From assembly GCA_918797485.1 (NCBI GenBank), contig CAKKNE010000003.1:124001-188000 (forward strand): a stretch of 64,000 bases of DNA. Direction: 5' to 3'. Below are positions 40,821 through 51,973 of this stretch, piece by piece; the stretch's first letter is position 1; every line of letters starts with the position of its first letter. The position numbers and the translations under genes were made by a program. Origin of the DNA: Pelagomonas calceolata (taxonomy: Eukaryota). A model generated the notes under the pieces. That model did not search any database. It worked only from the letters and a program-made list of their open reading frames with translations, and was not told the origin of the DNA.

Positions 40821-42585
40821 ATGGACGACGTCGAAGCCGCCTCGGCGGCCACACCCGTGCAAGTGAAATTCACGGGCATCACTCTAGACGTGAAAACCGG
40901 CAAAGACCAAACAAAGCGCATCTTAGATGATGTTTCGGGCCACTTCGGCCCCGCCGAGCGTCGCCGTCATGGGTCCGAGCGGCAGCGGCAAGACCACGCT
41001 GCTCCTCTGCGTCTCCGGCGCCGCGGCGCCGACGAGCGGTCGTGTCGAAGTGAACGGCGCGCCGTTCGACGCCGGGACGATGCGGCGCGTCGCGTCCTTC
41101 GTGCCGCAGGACGACCTGCTCACGCCCTGCCTGACCGTGGAAGAGTCGCTGCGGGAGGCGGTCCTGTTCAAGACGGGCCACGCTGCGGATTCGCTGGAAT
41201 GCGACCAAAAGGTGAACGAGCTCGCGGAGCGCTTCGGGCTCGTGGACTGCCTTTCCACACCCGTAGGCCGGCCGGGCGAGGGAAAACGAGGAGCATCAGG
41301 GGGCCAGCGGCGGCGCCTGTCCGTCGCGCTGGAGCTCTGCGGCGACCCCTCGTTGTTTCTGGACGAGCCCACCAGTGGCCTGGACGCCGTCGCGACGATG
41401 TCGCTCGTGCGGTCGCTGCAAGCGCTCGCGAGGCGCGGCGTGTGTTGCGTCGCGGTGATCCACCAGCCCTCGGCGGCGGCGTTCTTCGCGTTCGATCGCT
41501 TGCTGCTGCTACGGGCGGGCGGGTCGCTGGTCTACGAAGGACCCGTCGCCCCGGGCGCCCAGCCCGCGAAGATGCTCGCGGACATCGGGCGGCCGGTCCA
41601 CGAGCTCGCAAACCCGGCGGACGCGATGTTCGACGCTCTTACGGAGGATCCCGACGCGCTCACACGGCGGCTCCCGGCACCGCCGCTGCCGCCACCGCCG
41701 CCGCCTATTTCAACGTCGGGCCCGCGCTACGCGCTCTCGCTGCCGGGCCAGATCCGGGCCCACTGCGTGCGGAACGCGCGCGCGATGGTCAGGGAACCGA
41801 TCTTAGCGCGCATGCGCATCGGCTCGCGGTGGGCGTCTCGATCGTGTTGTCGATTCTGTATGGCGAATTGGACTCAAATTTCGAAGGCATCAACAGCACG
41901 ATCAGTCTGCTTTTATTTACGATGGTCTTCCTCGCCCTGACGAGCGCGCTGCCCGTCGTGCTGAGCGTGCTGCCGGAGATCCACGTGACCCAGAAGGAGG
42001 TGCGGAACTGCTGGTACCGGCCCACCAGTTACACTCCCGCGAAGTTCATTGTCGAGACGCCCCTACTCGTCATACCGCCTTTGCTCTACCTGGCCATCGT
42101 GGGCAACGTGGACGGGCCTCACGCGCGGCAACAACGGTGCGCGGTTTATACGGGTCTACCTCGCGTGCCTCGCGACGGTGGTATGCACGAATTCGTGGTC
42201 ATTCCTCCTGTCCAGCGTCGCGCCGACGATGCAATTGGCGGTGCTGAGTGCTCCCGGTTCGATCATGCCCATGATGCTGCTGTCGGGATTTTTCGTGAAC
42301 CAGCGCGACATGACGTGGGTATTTAGATGGGCGACTTATATCGACTACCTGAACTACGTCTGGCAGGCGCTCGCGATCGCCGGGTTGCAGGATCGAACCT
42401 ACAACGCGCCGCCGGGCGCGGGTTTGGACACGGGCGAGCAGGTCCTCAAAACGAGGTTGAAGCTGCCCGACTACACGGGCAGCTGGAAGAAGAACTACTG
42501 GGTGAACATCGGCATCCTGGCCGGATTCATCCTCTTCTTCCGCGCCGCCGCGGTGGTGGTCGTCGCGCGGCGCCTCTCCCGCTAG
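40821..42585 (+). CDS. ABCG (White-type) half transporter (several frameshifts)
   Basis: Walker A GPSGSGKTT, signature SGGQRRRLS, Walker B LFLDEPTSGLD, IHQPS; C-terminal TM domain with LLSGFF. Confidence 0.92.
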
Positions 42586-42626
42586 CAGCGACGGGCGTTA
42601 TACTACGGTGATAAGTGTGTGGACTA

Positions 42627-43342
42627 CTAACTAGGTGTACTTGACCCCCCCCATGAACGCGCGCGGGTCGGGACTTGCCCGTTGAATTCGGCAGACCTAA
42701 AGTCGAAGCCGGGATGCTCCTCCTGAAACCTTTCGATCATGAGCTCGCGCTGGATCTCCTGGCGCGTGAAGGGGTCGACCTGGCCCCTTCCACCTAAGGC
42801 CGTGCCCCACGTTTCTCCTTTTCTCATTTTCGACATGGCCACCGTGATCTCGCCGTCGACCATGTAGAAGTGCGACTCTTTGGCGACGATGGGCCCGCCC
42901 GTCGGCTCGTCCAGGAACGGCGGGTTGCCCCTTAACCCAAGTCGTAAATGCGACGGCGTCAGCTTGCAGTCGATCATGTCCGGCGTTACTCCAGGAGGCG
43001 GCTTCACATAGATGTTGACATCTCCAAGCTCTGGTCCCATTCATAAATCAATCGACCTTCGTGCTTGAACTGGTAGCGGCCGACCTCGCTGCCCTTGGGC
43101 GTCAGCGAGCCCACCGACCGGACGCCGCCCTTGGCGTCCATGACGTGGCCGTCGGGCCCGGCGGCCTCGCGCGTGCGCGCGACGTTGCCGCCCTTGACTT
43201 CATTCGTCATCGTCGCCGTGTGTACGCGCGCCTCGGGGATGCCTTGGGGGTCGAGCTTCTGTTGTGGCGGTGCGGGTGCCGGCGCGTCGTCGTCGCTGTC
43301 GTCCAGATTATCAAATTTGCTGTAGTCCGCGAGGCGCGACAT
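42627..43342 (-). CDS. NudC-family CS/p23 domain protein (frameshift near 43020)
   Basis: IYEWDQSL...VNIYVKPP...LMIERFQEEHPGFDFRSAEFNG; start MSRLADYSKFD at 43342. Confidence 0.88.
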
Positions 43343-43521
43343 CTCTTGCACGGCAGTGAGCTCTATACAGAGAGCAAATTTGAGCCGGCAGCGATGCTCG
43401 AAACTTGCGTGAGCTCGCGTGGACAGTCGCAGCGATGCGTTAAACAGCCTGAGCACGTCTATGGCCCACAATTGCGTGAGCACGCGGCCCGAGCGCGGCA
43501 CGATTTCGCAAGCAATAGCTA

Positions 43522-43544
43522 GCTAGAGGCTGTAAGACACTAGC
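43522..43544. promoter_or_regulatory. CTAG-N13-CTAG motif in a divergent promoter
   Basis: gctagaggctgtaagacactagc. Confidence 0.55.
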
Positions 43545-43745
43545 AGCGTCAGGATGCGTCGCGCGAATACGCAAAAGCGCCCATCTTTCATGTAGGCCAC
43601 CTCGAGTTTTGAATCCGTGCACCCGTACGGGCTCTCCGCCAATGTGATGCTCTGTGGCAGCTCAGATTTCAAGGCTGCCCCCGCCCTCCCGCTGGACCAG
43701 GCTGCCAAAACCTCTGCTCCCGGCCAAACCCTTGCTGCCGAGGCG

Positions 43746-44213
43746 ATGAGCGACCTGCTCTGCCCCTTTTTCGACGCTTGCCAAAGCGAGGAGCAATCGG
43801 ACAGCGAGGAGGCGACGTCGCCGCGCGGCTCCGAGTACTCCTTTAGTCTCCTCTTCCGAGGCGAGAGCGCCGACGAGCCGGCGACGCCGGGCGCACGGTC
43901 GCCCGGCGCGCTCTCCGACTACGTCTTCGGCGGCGGCGGCACGCCGGCCGCGACGCCCCGCCGGAGCCTCTTCGCCAGCGACGCAGACGCCAAGGAGCCC
44001 GCGGCAAAGCCTTGGTTTGCGACGTCGACCGCACCACAGAACGTCCCGCCGCCCAAACAAAAATCGACAACGCAATGCGTTCTTGAAGCCGTGGGCCTGG
44101 CCGCGCCCGAGCCTGAGCCCGAGCCAAAGTCCCGGACACGAGCCGTGCTCGAAGCCACTGGCCTCGTTTCGCCGGCGCCGGAACCCAAGGAGGAGAGCGC
44201 GAGCTACTTCTGA
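43746..44213 (+). CDS. Hypothetical protein with a duplicated C-terminal ~22-aa unit
   Basis: KSTTQCVLEAVGLAAPEPEP / KSRTRAVLEATGLVSPAPEP. Confidence 0.6.
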   Translation: MSDLLCPFFDACQSEEQSDSEEATSPRGSEYSFSLLFRGESADEPATPGARSPGALSDYVFGGGGTPAATPRRSLFASDADAKEPAAKPWFATSTAPQNVPPPKQKSTTQCVLEAVGLAAPEPEPEPKSRTRAVLEATGLVSPAPEPKEESASYF

Positions 44214-44231
44214 CTAACACATTCCACTAAC

Positions 44232-45482
44232 TTAAATCATCACGAGAGACCCCGAGGCACGCCCGCGCCGCGACCTCGACGGTCGGCCCGTCGCCGCACG
44301 TCGGCCTGAGACACGCGCCCGGCGCCTCGCACGCGACGGCGCGCGCGCGCGCCTGCCCTCGCCCTTGACGCGCTCCAGCACGCGCCAGACGCGGTCGAAG
44401 AGCGCCGTGCGGTCGAGGCAGTTCGCCGCGAAGGCGTCGAAGACCGCCGGCGCCGCCGCCGTCGCGTTGAGCGCCCACGATTGAAAGGCGGCGATCAGGT
44501 TTCGGCGCGAATCCCGCCACGAGACCGCACCCACAAATGGCTGGCAAGCGACCGCTCCTGCCAGGTTCGCCTCGAGCGACGCGAAGACTGGCCGCCCCGC
44601 CCTCAAAGCTTCGGTGGGAACGCGCGGGTTCCGGTCGTGGAGCGGGAAGGCGACGGCGACGTCGGCCGCGCAGTAGGCCCCCTGGACGTCGTCGACGCGG
44701 CCGTGGAATGTAGATGAGAGGTTCATCGCGTCGAGCACGCCTCGGAGGCGCGCCGAGTAGTTGCCGCGGTCCGCGCCGTAGAAGTGCCACGAGAAGCGCC
44801 GCACAAAATCCAACCCCGCGGCCTTGTCGAACTTCTGGAAGAACGATAAAGGTACCTTCGTGGGCTGCACGGAGCCCACGAACGCCGCGCGGCACGCGGG
44901 CGCGCCCGCGTATTGGTATGGTGGCGCCGCCAGCGCCGCAGCGCATTTTGAGGAAGGCGGCCGCGCGCAGGGCTTCATTTTTAAAGGAGGCTTCACTGTT
45001 TTGAGGAAGGACATGACCACGTCCACGAGTGACCCCCACATCTCTTCGCGCTTCGTCGTATGACCCTCGCTGATGGGCACGTTGGTGACGAGGCTCGCGT
45101 TCGCCGTGAGACGGTAGAACTCGCGCAGGGCGTCGCTGTCCCTCCCGGAGCCGACGCCCAGCGCGTGGTCGAGGTTTAGTTGAGCGAGCGCATTCCTGGA
45201 CACGCATTCATCCACAGGGCACAGGCGGCACGCGCACATTTTATTTGAACGCAGGGCCTCGGGCGAGCACACAACAACTGAGGATCCGTAGGCATCCACC
45301 AGGCCCTCTCTCCAACTCTTGGGCGCGGCCCAGCACGCGCGCGGCGCGCTCGTCTCGTCTTTTGCTCCCGGGATCGCCATGTAGGCCAGCTTCGGCGGCG
45401 CGGCGGCTGCTGGTTTTTTGTGTTTGTGGCCGCGCTTGGTTGAGGCGACCGCGGCGGTGGCGAGGAGGAGGATGCGGAGCAT
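44232..45482 (-). CDS. Secretory-pathway GT-B (GT4-like) glycosyltransferase
   Basis: Signal peptide; FHGRVDDVQGAYCAADVAV...NPRVPTEALRAGRPV resembles the GT4 nucleotide-sugar-binding motif. Confidence 0.6.
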   Translation of the reverse strand: MLRILLLATAAVASTKRGHKHKKPAAAAPPKLAYMAIPGAKDETSAPRACWAAPKSWREGLVDAYGSSVVVCSPEALRSNKMCACRLCPVDECVSRNALAQLNLDHALGVGSGRDSDALREFYRLTANASLVTNVPISEGHTTKREEMWGSLVDVVMSFLKTVKPPLKMKPCARPPSSKCAAALAAPPYQYAGAPACRAAFVGSVQPTKVPLSFFQKFDKAAGLDFVRRFSWHFYGADRGNYSARLRGVLDAMNLSSTFHGRVDDVQGAYCAADVAVAFPLHDRNPRVPTEALRAGRPVFASLEANLAGAVACQPFVGAVSWRDSRRNLIAAFQSWALNATAAAPAVFDAFAANCLDRTALFDRVWRVLERVKGEGRRARAPSRARRRARVSGRRAATGRPSRSRRGRASGSLVMI

Positions 45483-45751
45483 TTGCTGCTATGGTCTAGT
45501 CATGCCGTGGGGCTGCTCTACCATCATGCCGTGGTACAGAATGTATCGTGCGCCATATATGCGGCAGCCCCTCGCACTTGTAAATTCTTTGACGTCGGGA
45601 ATAAGCTAGTATGTCTACACACGCTAATTCCGGCCTCAACTCGCGCGCGCAGCGATATAAGACGCTGCAGACGCCATCGATGCGACATTAAATCATTAGC
45701 ATTGGTCTGCGTCGTAGCTGCATCACTCACGCTTGCTCACACCTGCAACAA

Positions 45752-47089
45752 ATGTCCCTACTGCATAAGGCGATGATGCTCCTGACAATCGCGCGCGCGC
45801 GAGGCTTTGCTGCACGCGCCGCGGTGCGCGCGCCGACGACGCGCCTGATGAGCGCTGCGGCGTGGGAAGCCCTGGGCCTCAACAGCGATATGAGCGATCT
45901 CGTTTCAAAACAGTGGCCCGAGCCGAACGCCGTCCAGCGCGCGGCGCTGCCCGCTCTTTTAAAGCAGGAAGACGACGCCGTCGTGGGTGCCGAGACCGGG
46001 AGCGGCAAGACCCTGGCCTATCTATTACCGGCGGCGCAGCGCGCCGTCGCGAATCGACGGAAGCACACGCCCTACCCCGCGGCGCTGGTGCTCGTGCCGA
46101 ACCGCGAGCTCGGGACGCAGTTGCGGCGGGTGGCGGCGCGACTCGGCGCGGACACGCAGCCGCCGTTCACCGACGAAAGCAAGCTCTTCTCGCTCGAGGC
46201 GCGCCACGGCGGCGCGCTGGCGCGCTGGCCCTACGCGCCGGGCAAGGCGCCCGACGTTCTGGTCGCGACGCCGTCCTTCGCCGCGGCCTTTGATCGAGAT
46301 CTGGACCTGTGGGAGGGCCTGTCGACCTTGGTGCTGGACGAGGCGGACATGCTCTTGGACGGTGGCTTCAAGAAGCAGCTGGACCGGTGTTTAGTGGCAC
46401 TGAAACGCGTCGAGCGGAGGAGGGAAGGCAATGACGATCTCGTGGAGGACGTGCCGGAGCGGTGCCGCCGCGTCGTCGTCGCCGCGACGCTGCCCAACCA
46501 GGGGCTGCGAAGCGTCGACGGCCTGGTGACAAAGTACTTCGCGAACGCGACGCGATGCGCGGATTTGCCGATGCACGGCGTCGTCTCGACCCTAGAACAT
46601 GTGTTTGAAAGTGTACAAAGTGATGACGAGCGCGACGCGAAATTGAATGACTTGCTCGAGAGCACGGAACGGACGATGGTCTTCTGCAAGACGGCGAACC
46701 GCGCTTCTGCAGTTTCAGAGCGGCTCGCTTTGGGTGGTATTGCGGCGGCGCCCTACACGAAGGACGTCGACCCGGAGCGGCGCCTGGCCACTTTGGATTT
46801 GTTTGCCTCGGCCAAGATTAATGTCCTCGTATGCACGGACCTGGCCGCGCGCGGGCTGGACCTGCCGGAAGTCAAAAGGGTGGTGCAGTACGACTTCGCG
46901 ACGGACGCCGTCAGCCACCTGCACCGTGTTGGGAGGGCGGCGCGCGCCGGCGCCGCTGCTAGTGCCGTCTCGTTCGTCGATTCTTCCAATACGGACCTCG
47001 TGGCGGCGCTCGAGCGCGGCGACACGGTCGAGCACGCGTTTTCGCGGAGGCGGGGGCTGCGGAAGAAGCTGCGTAAGGAGCGGGTTTAG
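45752..47089 (+). CDS. DEAD-box RNA helicase, organellar RH22-like
   Basis: AETGSGKT, LVPNREL, DEAD, AAT, TDLAARGLD, HRVGRAAR; transit-like N-terminus. Confidence 0.92.
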   Translation: MSLLHKAMMLLTIARARGFAARAAVRAPTTRLMSAAAWEALGLNSDMSDLVSKQWPEPNAVQRAALPALLKQEDDAVVGAETGSGKTLAYLLPAAQRAVANRRKHTPYPAALVLVPNRELGTQLRRVAARLGADTQPPFTDESKLFSLEARHGGALARWPYAPGKAPDVLVATPSFAAAFDRDLDLWEGLSTLVLDEADMLLDGGFKKQLDRCLVALKRVERRREGNDDLVEDVPERCRRVVVAATLPNQGLRSVDGLVTKYFANATRCADLPMHGVVSTLEHVFESVQSDDERDAKLNDLLESTERTMVFCKTANRASAVSERLALGGIAAAPYTKDVDPERRLATLDLFASAKINVLVCTDLAARGLDLPEVKRVVQYDFATDAVSHLHRVGRAARAGAAASAVSFVDSSNTDLVAALERGDTVEHAFSRRRGLRKKLRKERV

Positions 47090-47511
47090 TCTTTTGTTGT
47101 TTTTTTTTCGTGGCCGCGCGGCGCGTTTTTTGTCGACGAACACGCTCGTGCCGCCGCTACTCCTCGATACCCGTCGGGAGCTTTGCCTACCAGTATCCTG
47201 GGATGGCATGGATGTCTCCGTGCGCCACGCGTAGGAACCTGTGTTGGCAGCCCTCAGACAAGCTTTTTGTGGGCCTGATAGTGCCCGCTAAAGACCAAGC
47301 GCTGCTGCCAAGCCGTGAAAGTAGAGCCGTCAGTACCTGTTCTCAGCAACCGAGTTGAAAACTCTGAGCTCTAAGCCCCAGCACACGTAAAACACACCCG
47401 GAGCTTTATCCCAGCAGGCATCCGAGCGCGAACGGCGGACGCATTCTTGTCCTCTGCGTTCTCTGCGCTGTCGACGCACTAAGAAAAGAACGCGCGCACA
47501 CACTGTGCGGA

Positions 47512-48768
47512 ATGCCAACCACGAAAACGATGCTCGGCGTCGGTGCGTGCGCCATCGCGGTCGTCGCGCTCTGCCGCCGCGCCTTACGCACGCCGACGCC
47601 GCGCGACGGCCGCCCGCAGCTCACGCGCCAGAACGCGTATCGCACCCTTCCGGGCCTCCGAGACGACCCGCCGCCGTCGTACTCACCGAAGGACCTCGTC
47701 GGCGGCGCGCCGCCGCGGGCTGAGGGCGACGGCGCGACGCCGGCGTTCGCGCTCGAGCTCCTCAAAGCCCTGTCCTCTGATCGCGAGAATGTCTTTGTGA
47801 GCCCCCTGTCCATCGCGACGGCCCTGAAGATGGCGCTCGCCGGCGCGACGCCCGGGAGCCGCCACGAGGCGGCTCTCCGGAAGGCGGTCGGGGGCATCGA
47901 CGTCCAGGTGGCCGGCGTCGACGCGGCGAACGCGTTGTACGCGCGTGCCGATGTGAAGGCGTCGTTCGCCGACAAACTGAAGCGGCTCTTCAACGCCGCC
48001 GCGGCGCCGATGCCGGCGTCGGCGGCGCCCATCAACGAGTTTGTGGCCAAGGCTACGAAGGGACTGATCACCAACCTTATTGACGACGGCACGGTCCGGG
48101 ACCCGATGACGACGGCTATTCTCCTAAACGCCGTGTACTTCAAGGGTACGTGGCTCAAGAAGTTCGAAGGGTAACTCCCGGCCGGGCGCCTTCCAGGCAC
48201 CAAGTGGCGAGAAGCAGGTCGACTTCATGCGGCAGGAGCAGCGCTATGCTGTTCATAACGCCGCTGGCGTCGGTCAGGCCGTGGCTCTTCCGTATGCAAA
48301 AGACGACCTCCGCATGGTGCTGATTCTGCCCGAGTCGGACGGACTCGCGGGCGCGCGTGCGACGGCGGCGGCGCTGCCGGCGCGCTGGGCGGAGCTCCGC
48401 CCCTCGCCGAGGACAAGGTTGTGGTGGTGCTGCCTCGCTTTAAGATCGACTCGGGCGTTGTTGAATTGATGGACGTGCTGGACGCCTCGTTTGGCCTGGG
48501 CCTCATCAAGCGCGAGGGCGGGGGCTTCCTAGGCATCGCGGACCGGCCGGACCTCCACGTCGACTCCGTGCTGCACCGCGCGGTCATCTCCGTCGACGAG
48601 GAGGGTACGGAAGCGGCCGCGGCGACGGCCGTCATAGTGGCGCAACGGGCCATGCCCCGGCCGCCGCGCGTGCTCAAGTTTGATCGCCCCTTCGTGTTCG
48701 CGATCGAGCACGCGGCGACGGGGCGCGTCGTGTTTGCGGGGGTTGTGGCGGAACCGAGCAGCGCTTGA
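47512..48768 (+). CDS. Serpin (frameshifts near 48170 and 48410)
   Basis: NVFVSPLSIATAL, LLNAVYFKGTW...F, LPY...MVLILP, LPRFKI, VDEEGTEAAAAT, FDRPFVF. Confidence 0.92.
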
Positions 48769-49140
48769 GCTCTTCTAGTGTGCATGTAAGTGATTTAAAC
48801 CAATCGAAAAGACAGACTAGCGTTAAGCATACTAGACGCCCTCCGAATCAAGATAGTCAAGCTTTGTTTGCCCCTTGTGGGCACGTACAGACCTCAAAAA
48901 CGTAAGCAAGGCGGCGTAGGGATCCTTAAACGACACGCCCTATACTTTTTTTTGCAAAAGCATCGCTATCAGCGAATTCTGATTTTGGTGCAGTGAAACT
49001 TTGCAGGCAAAGTGGCGCACGCGCGCGCGCCTCGCTTCGTTACCTTCGTCTTAGGCACTCCAGATAACGTTGACGCCACGCCATTGATGAGAGCGCGCGT
49101 AAATCGCCCCTTGCGAACCGACGCGACGCGACGCCGCGCC

Positions 49141-49302
49141 TACGACGACGCCGGGCTCGTCGGCGGCCTCATCGCCGCGGCCGTCATTGCGATCGCCGCG
49201 CTCTGCTGCATCGGAGCCATGGCGAAGAAGGAGAAGGAGGGCAAGCCCGTCTTCGCGCCCGTCCACAACCCCGTCAACGAGCGGGTCGCCGAGAAGGCCT
49301 GA
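49141..49302 (+). other. Orphan exon-like fragment: TM helix plus KEKEGKPVF cytosolic tail
   Basis: DDAGLVGGLIAAAVIAIAALCCIGAMAKKEKEGKPVFAPVHNP..., coding-like GC pattern, no clear upstream ectodomain. Confidence 0.45.
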
Positions 49303-49432
49303 GGCGTCTTGCCCGCGCGCCCCGATTAACTCGGCGGCCGCCCATCCCTAGAGCCCATCCCATCCCTTCCCCTCTGACTAACCACGTTGAACGACGGATA
49401 TAGATAGGAACTAAGTTTAAACAGGAGCGAGA

Positions 49433-50992
49433 TCATCCGACCACGCGCCGCGCCAATTCTCGCCATAAGGCGGGAGCCTCGGCCGCCGGCGCCCCGAGCG
49501 CGTCGGCGTTCTCCGCGAGGCGCCGCCCGATCCAGGGCGCGAGGTCGCGCGTCGCCCCGAAGAGCACGAGCTTGTGCGGCGGCAGCCCGCAGCGGCGAGC
49601 GACCGCGTCAGGCCGTCGCAGAGGCCCAGGATCTGCGCGAACTTGAGGCGGTCGTCGCCCCGCTCGAGGTGCAGCGCGTCCGCCTTCGACAAAGCCTTCG
49701 CAGCTCGCCCGGCGTTGTGCGTGCAGAGGAACGCCAGACGCGTCGTCGCCCGCCGCCGCGGCCTCTATTAATTGGGAGACGGCTGCGTCGTAGGCCGCGT
49801 CCGTCTCGGCCTTGGACCCGCGGAGCCGGCCGGCCGCCTTAGCTTCAGCCACGTAGGCGCCGCGCACGAGTTTGGCCCGAACGCGACCCCGAGGTCCTTG
49901 GCGAATGCGGCGTCGAGGGCCAGGCGCGCCTCCGAGCCGGCGAGGTAGCACTGGTACGTGTTGTAGAGCGGCGGCCCGGGGCGCGCCGGCCGGCCCGCGT
50001 ACCTGCGTGGAAATCAAATTTCGGGCGCCCCACGCCATCGACGCGACGTGCTTCCGTAGCGGCGTCTGCTCGACGGCGTGGCGATTCTACCGCCATCGAC
50101 GCGACGTTGTCCTCGTAACAGCTTCTGCTCGATGGCGTGGAGGATCACGAAGTAACAGAACTCACTGGTTGATTTCCACACAGCCGCGTACGTCGCGAAC
50201 GCGCGGTCCGCGTCGGCGGCCCACGCCTCGAGCGCGCTCAGGAACAGGCGGTCGACGGCCGGCTGCAGGTCGGTCATTTCGGCGTCGAGCAAAAGCGCGC
50301 CGCCCGCGGCCTCCGCGTCGCGCGCGAGGCGCACCAGGCCCTCGACGGCGTCGTCGAAGTGCTTCCGATGCTCCTCACTCAGCTGCGTCACCAGCTCGCC
50401 GTCGAGGCGCGCGGCGTCGGGCTCCGGCGCCTGCTGTATCAAGTCCGCGAGCGCGCGGAGCATCGCTCCGTCGGCGACGGCAGTGGGCTTGATCGGCACG
50501 GTAAGGCCACCAGCGGCGGCGACGAGCTGGCGCTTCCGCGCGAGTTCGAGCTGGACATCATCGGCTTCTTCCACCCCGTGATCGACGATCGTGGCGATGC
50601 CGTCCTCGGCGAGGGCCGCGGCCGTCCGCTTCGCGTCTTCCAGCGTCGCGCCACCCACAAACCGGCCCTCCGCCGCGGCGCCGACCAGCGAGGCAGCCAC
50701 GCTCGAGGTCGTCGCGGCCTGGAGGGTGGACTGCGCGATGGCGGTGCCGCCCGGGAGCCGGAGCGCGCTCATGACCTGTGTCCATCGAGCAGGCGTCGCG
50801 TCGATGGCGTGGAAGTTATGATTCAGCCGTAAGCGGAGAAGCGCCGCGAAATTTGATTTCTGCACAGAGACTGACGGTAGCGCTGCGCAGCAGGGCCGCC
50901 GTTCCGACGGAGGCCAGGCCGGCTTGCGGGTCGAAGGCCTTGCTCGACACGGCGAGGCTGAGGCGCCGCAGGCTCGCGGGGGTACGCAGCAT
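49433..50992 (-). CDS. PRODH: Mitochondrial proline dehydrogenase; introns 50776-50875 and 50003-50191; frameshifts in the 3' part
   Basis: Presequence MLRTPASLRRLS; FVGGATLED, LLDAE, LYNTYQCYL, KLVRGAY, FAQILGLCD, RRLAEN. Confidence 0.88.
50003..50183. mobile_element. Introner element (181 bp) in ProDH
   Basis: TIRs ctgcgtggaaatcaa / ttgatttccacacag; perfect TSD ccgcgtac (49995-50002 / 50184-50191); splicing yields ATYAGR...YNTYQCYL. Confidence 0.95.
50776..50867. mobile_element. Eroded introner element (92 bp) in ProDH
   Basis: Right TIR tttgatttctgcacag intact, left reduced to ctgtgt; body shared with the 63369/20659 elements; TSD decayed (ctcatgac/agactgac); splicing 50875-50776 joins ...LLRSAT to VMSALR.... 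Confidence 0.85.
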
Positions 50993-51171
50993 GGCGAATA
51001 ACGGCTGATGAGCCAGTTGTGGATCTGTGTGATGACGTGGCCGCAGAGGTGACCGAGAGGCTGAGCCGCGCAAGGAGGCAAGAGTGAGCAGTACTGGTAG
51101 TCAAAACGTGCAACCTATCGGCGCGTCAAGAGCTGTAAGCCGTTCGTTTTTCAGAGCAAAAACGACTGCTG

Positions 51172-51194
51172 GCTAGTGTCTTACGGCCGCTAGC
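51172..51194. promoter_or_regulatory. CTAG-N13-CTAG motif upstream of ProDH
   Basis: gctagtgtcttacggccgctagc, 180 bp from ATG 50992. Confidence 0.55.
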
Positions 51195-51267
51195 GCGATT
51201 AATGTAGTCCTAGCACCGTAACATCGATATCGCCACGCCGAACTCACAAGGTACCACGTTAGAGAGG

Positions 51268-51973
51268 CTAACGAACACCCGCGTCGGCGACGGTCGCGCG
51301 GCCAGAAGCCGCCACGGCCGCGGCGTCATAGGCGGGTGGCCTGCCGTCTCGCAGAAACAATCCTAGCGCGCGAGCGGGTCGAGGAACGCCGCGCTCGCGA
51401 ACAGGACCGTGACGGCGAGCGCCTTGAGCGACGTCGAGACGTTCATCGAGTTCACTCGATCTAAGATTTGCTTCGCCACACCATCCGGTGCGCTCAAGCC
51501 CAGTGCCGGCCACGTCCCAGAGGCCGGACTGGGCGATGTTTCACAGGCCCGTCTTCGCCGAATCATATAACCCGAGCGACAGAAATAAACCAGGAAGCAG
51601 CGAGCCGCTGGGACGAACGCCGCGTGGGCGCGCACAGGAACGCGGACTGCAGGAGCGTCACCACGGCGAGGACGCGCCCCGCGGCGAGCCGTCTAGCTCG
51701 CTCGGCTCCATCAATATTGCGCAGCTCGTCGGCGGCCGCCTCTCTAAGTTTCTGTTGCTCGGCGCCGGACGGCGGCGCCGGCTCCTCGCTGCCCAGCACC
51801 AACTGCATCGTGCGACCCTCCCGCAGCGTCGGCACGGCGTCGATGACGTCCTTCATGAACGGGTTCGGATTCTCGAAGTCGTTGCTTGACCGCAGCGGGG
51901 TCGGTCGCGGCGGCCGCGGCGCGATGAACGCGGTGGCGGCGTGCAGCAAAAACGAGCAGATGAAGAGTCGCAT
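51268..51973 (-). CDS. Putative plastid-targeted membrane protein (frameshifted)
   Basis: Signal peptide ending ATA-FIAP, transit-like segment, NIDGAERARR then hydrophobic segments; 3' end uncertain. Confidence 0.55.

Noticed and set aside
50143..50152. GATCACGAAG (U1-70K loop sequence) inside an introner
   Set aside because: It is antisense to the host pre-mRNA, not conserved in the sister element (gttcacgaag), and a 10-mer match is plausible by chance.
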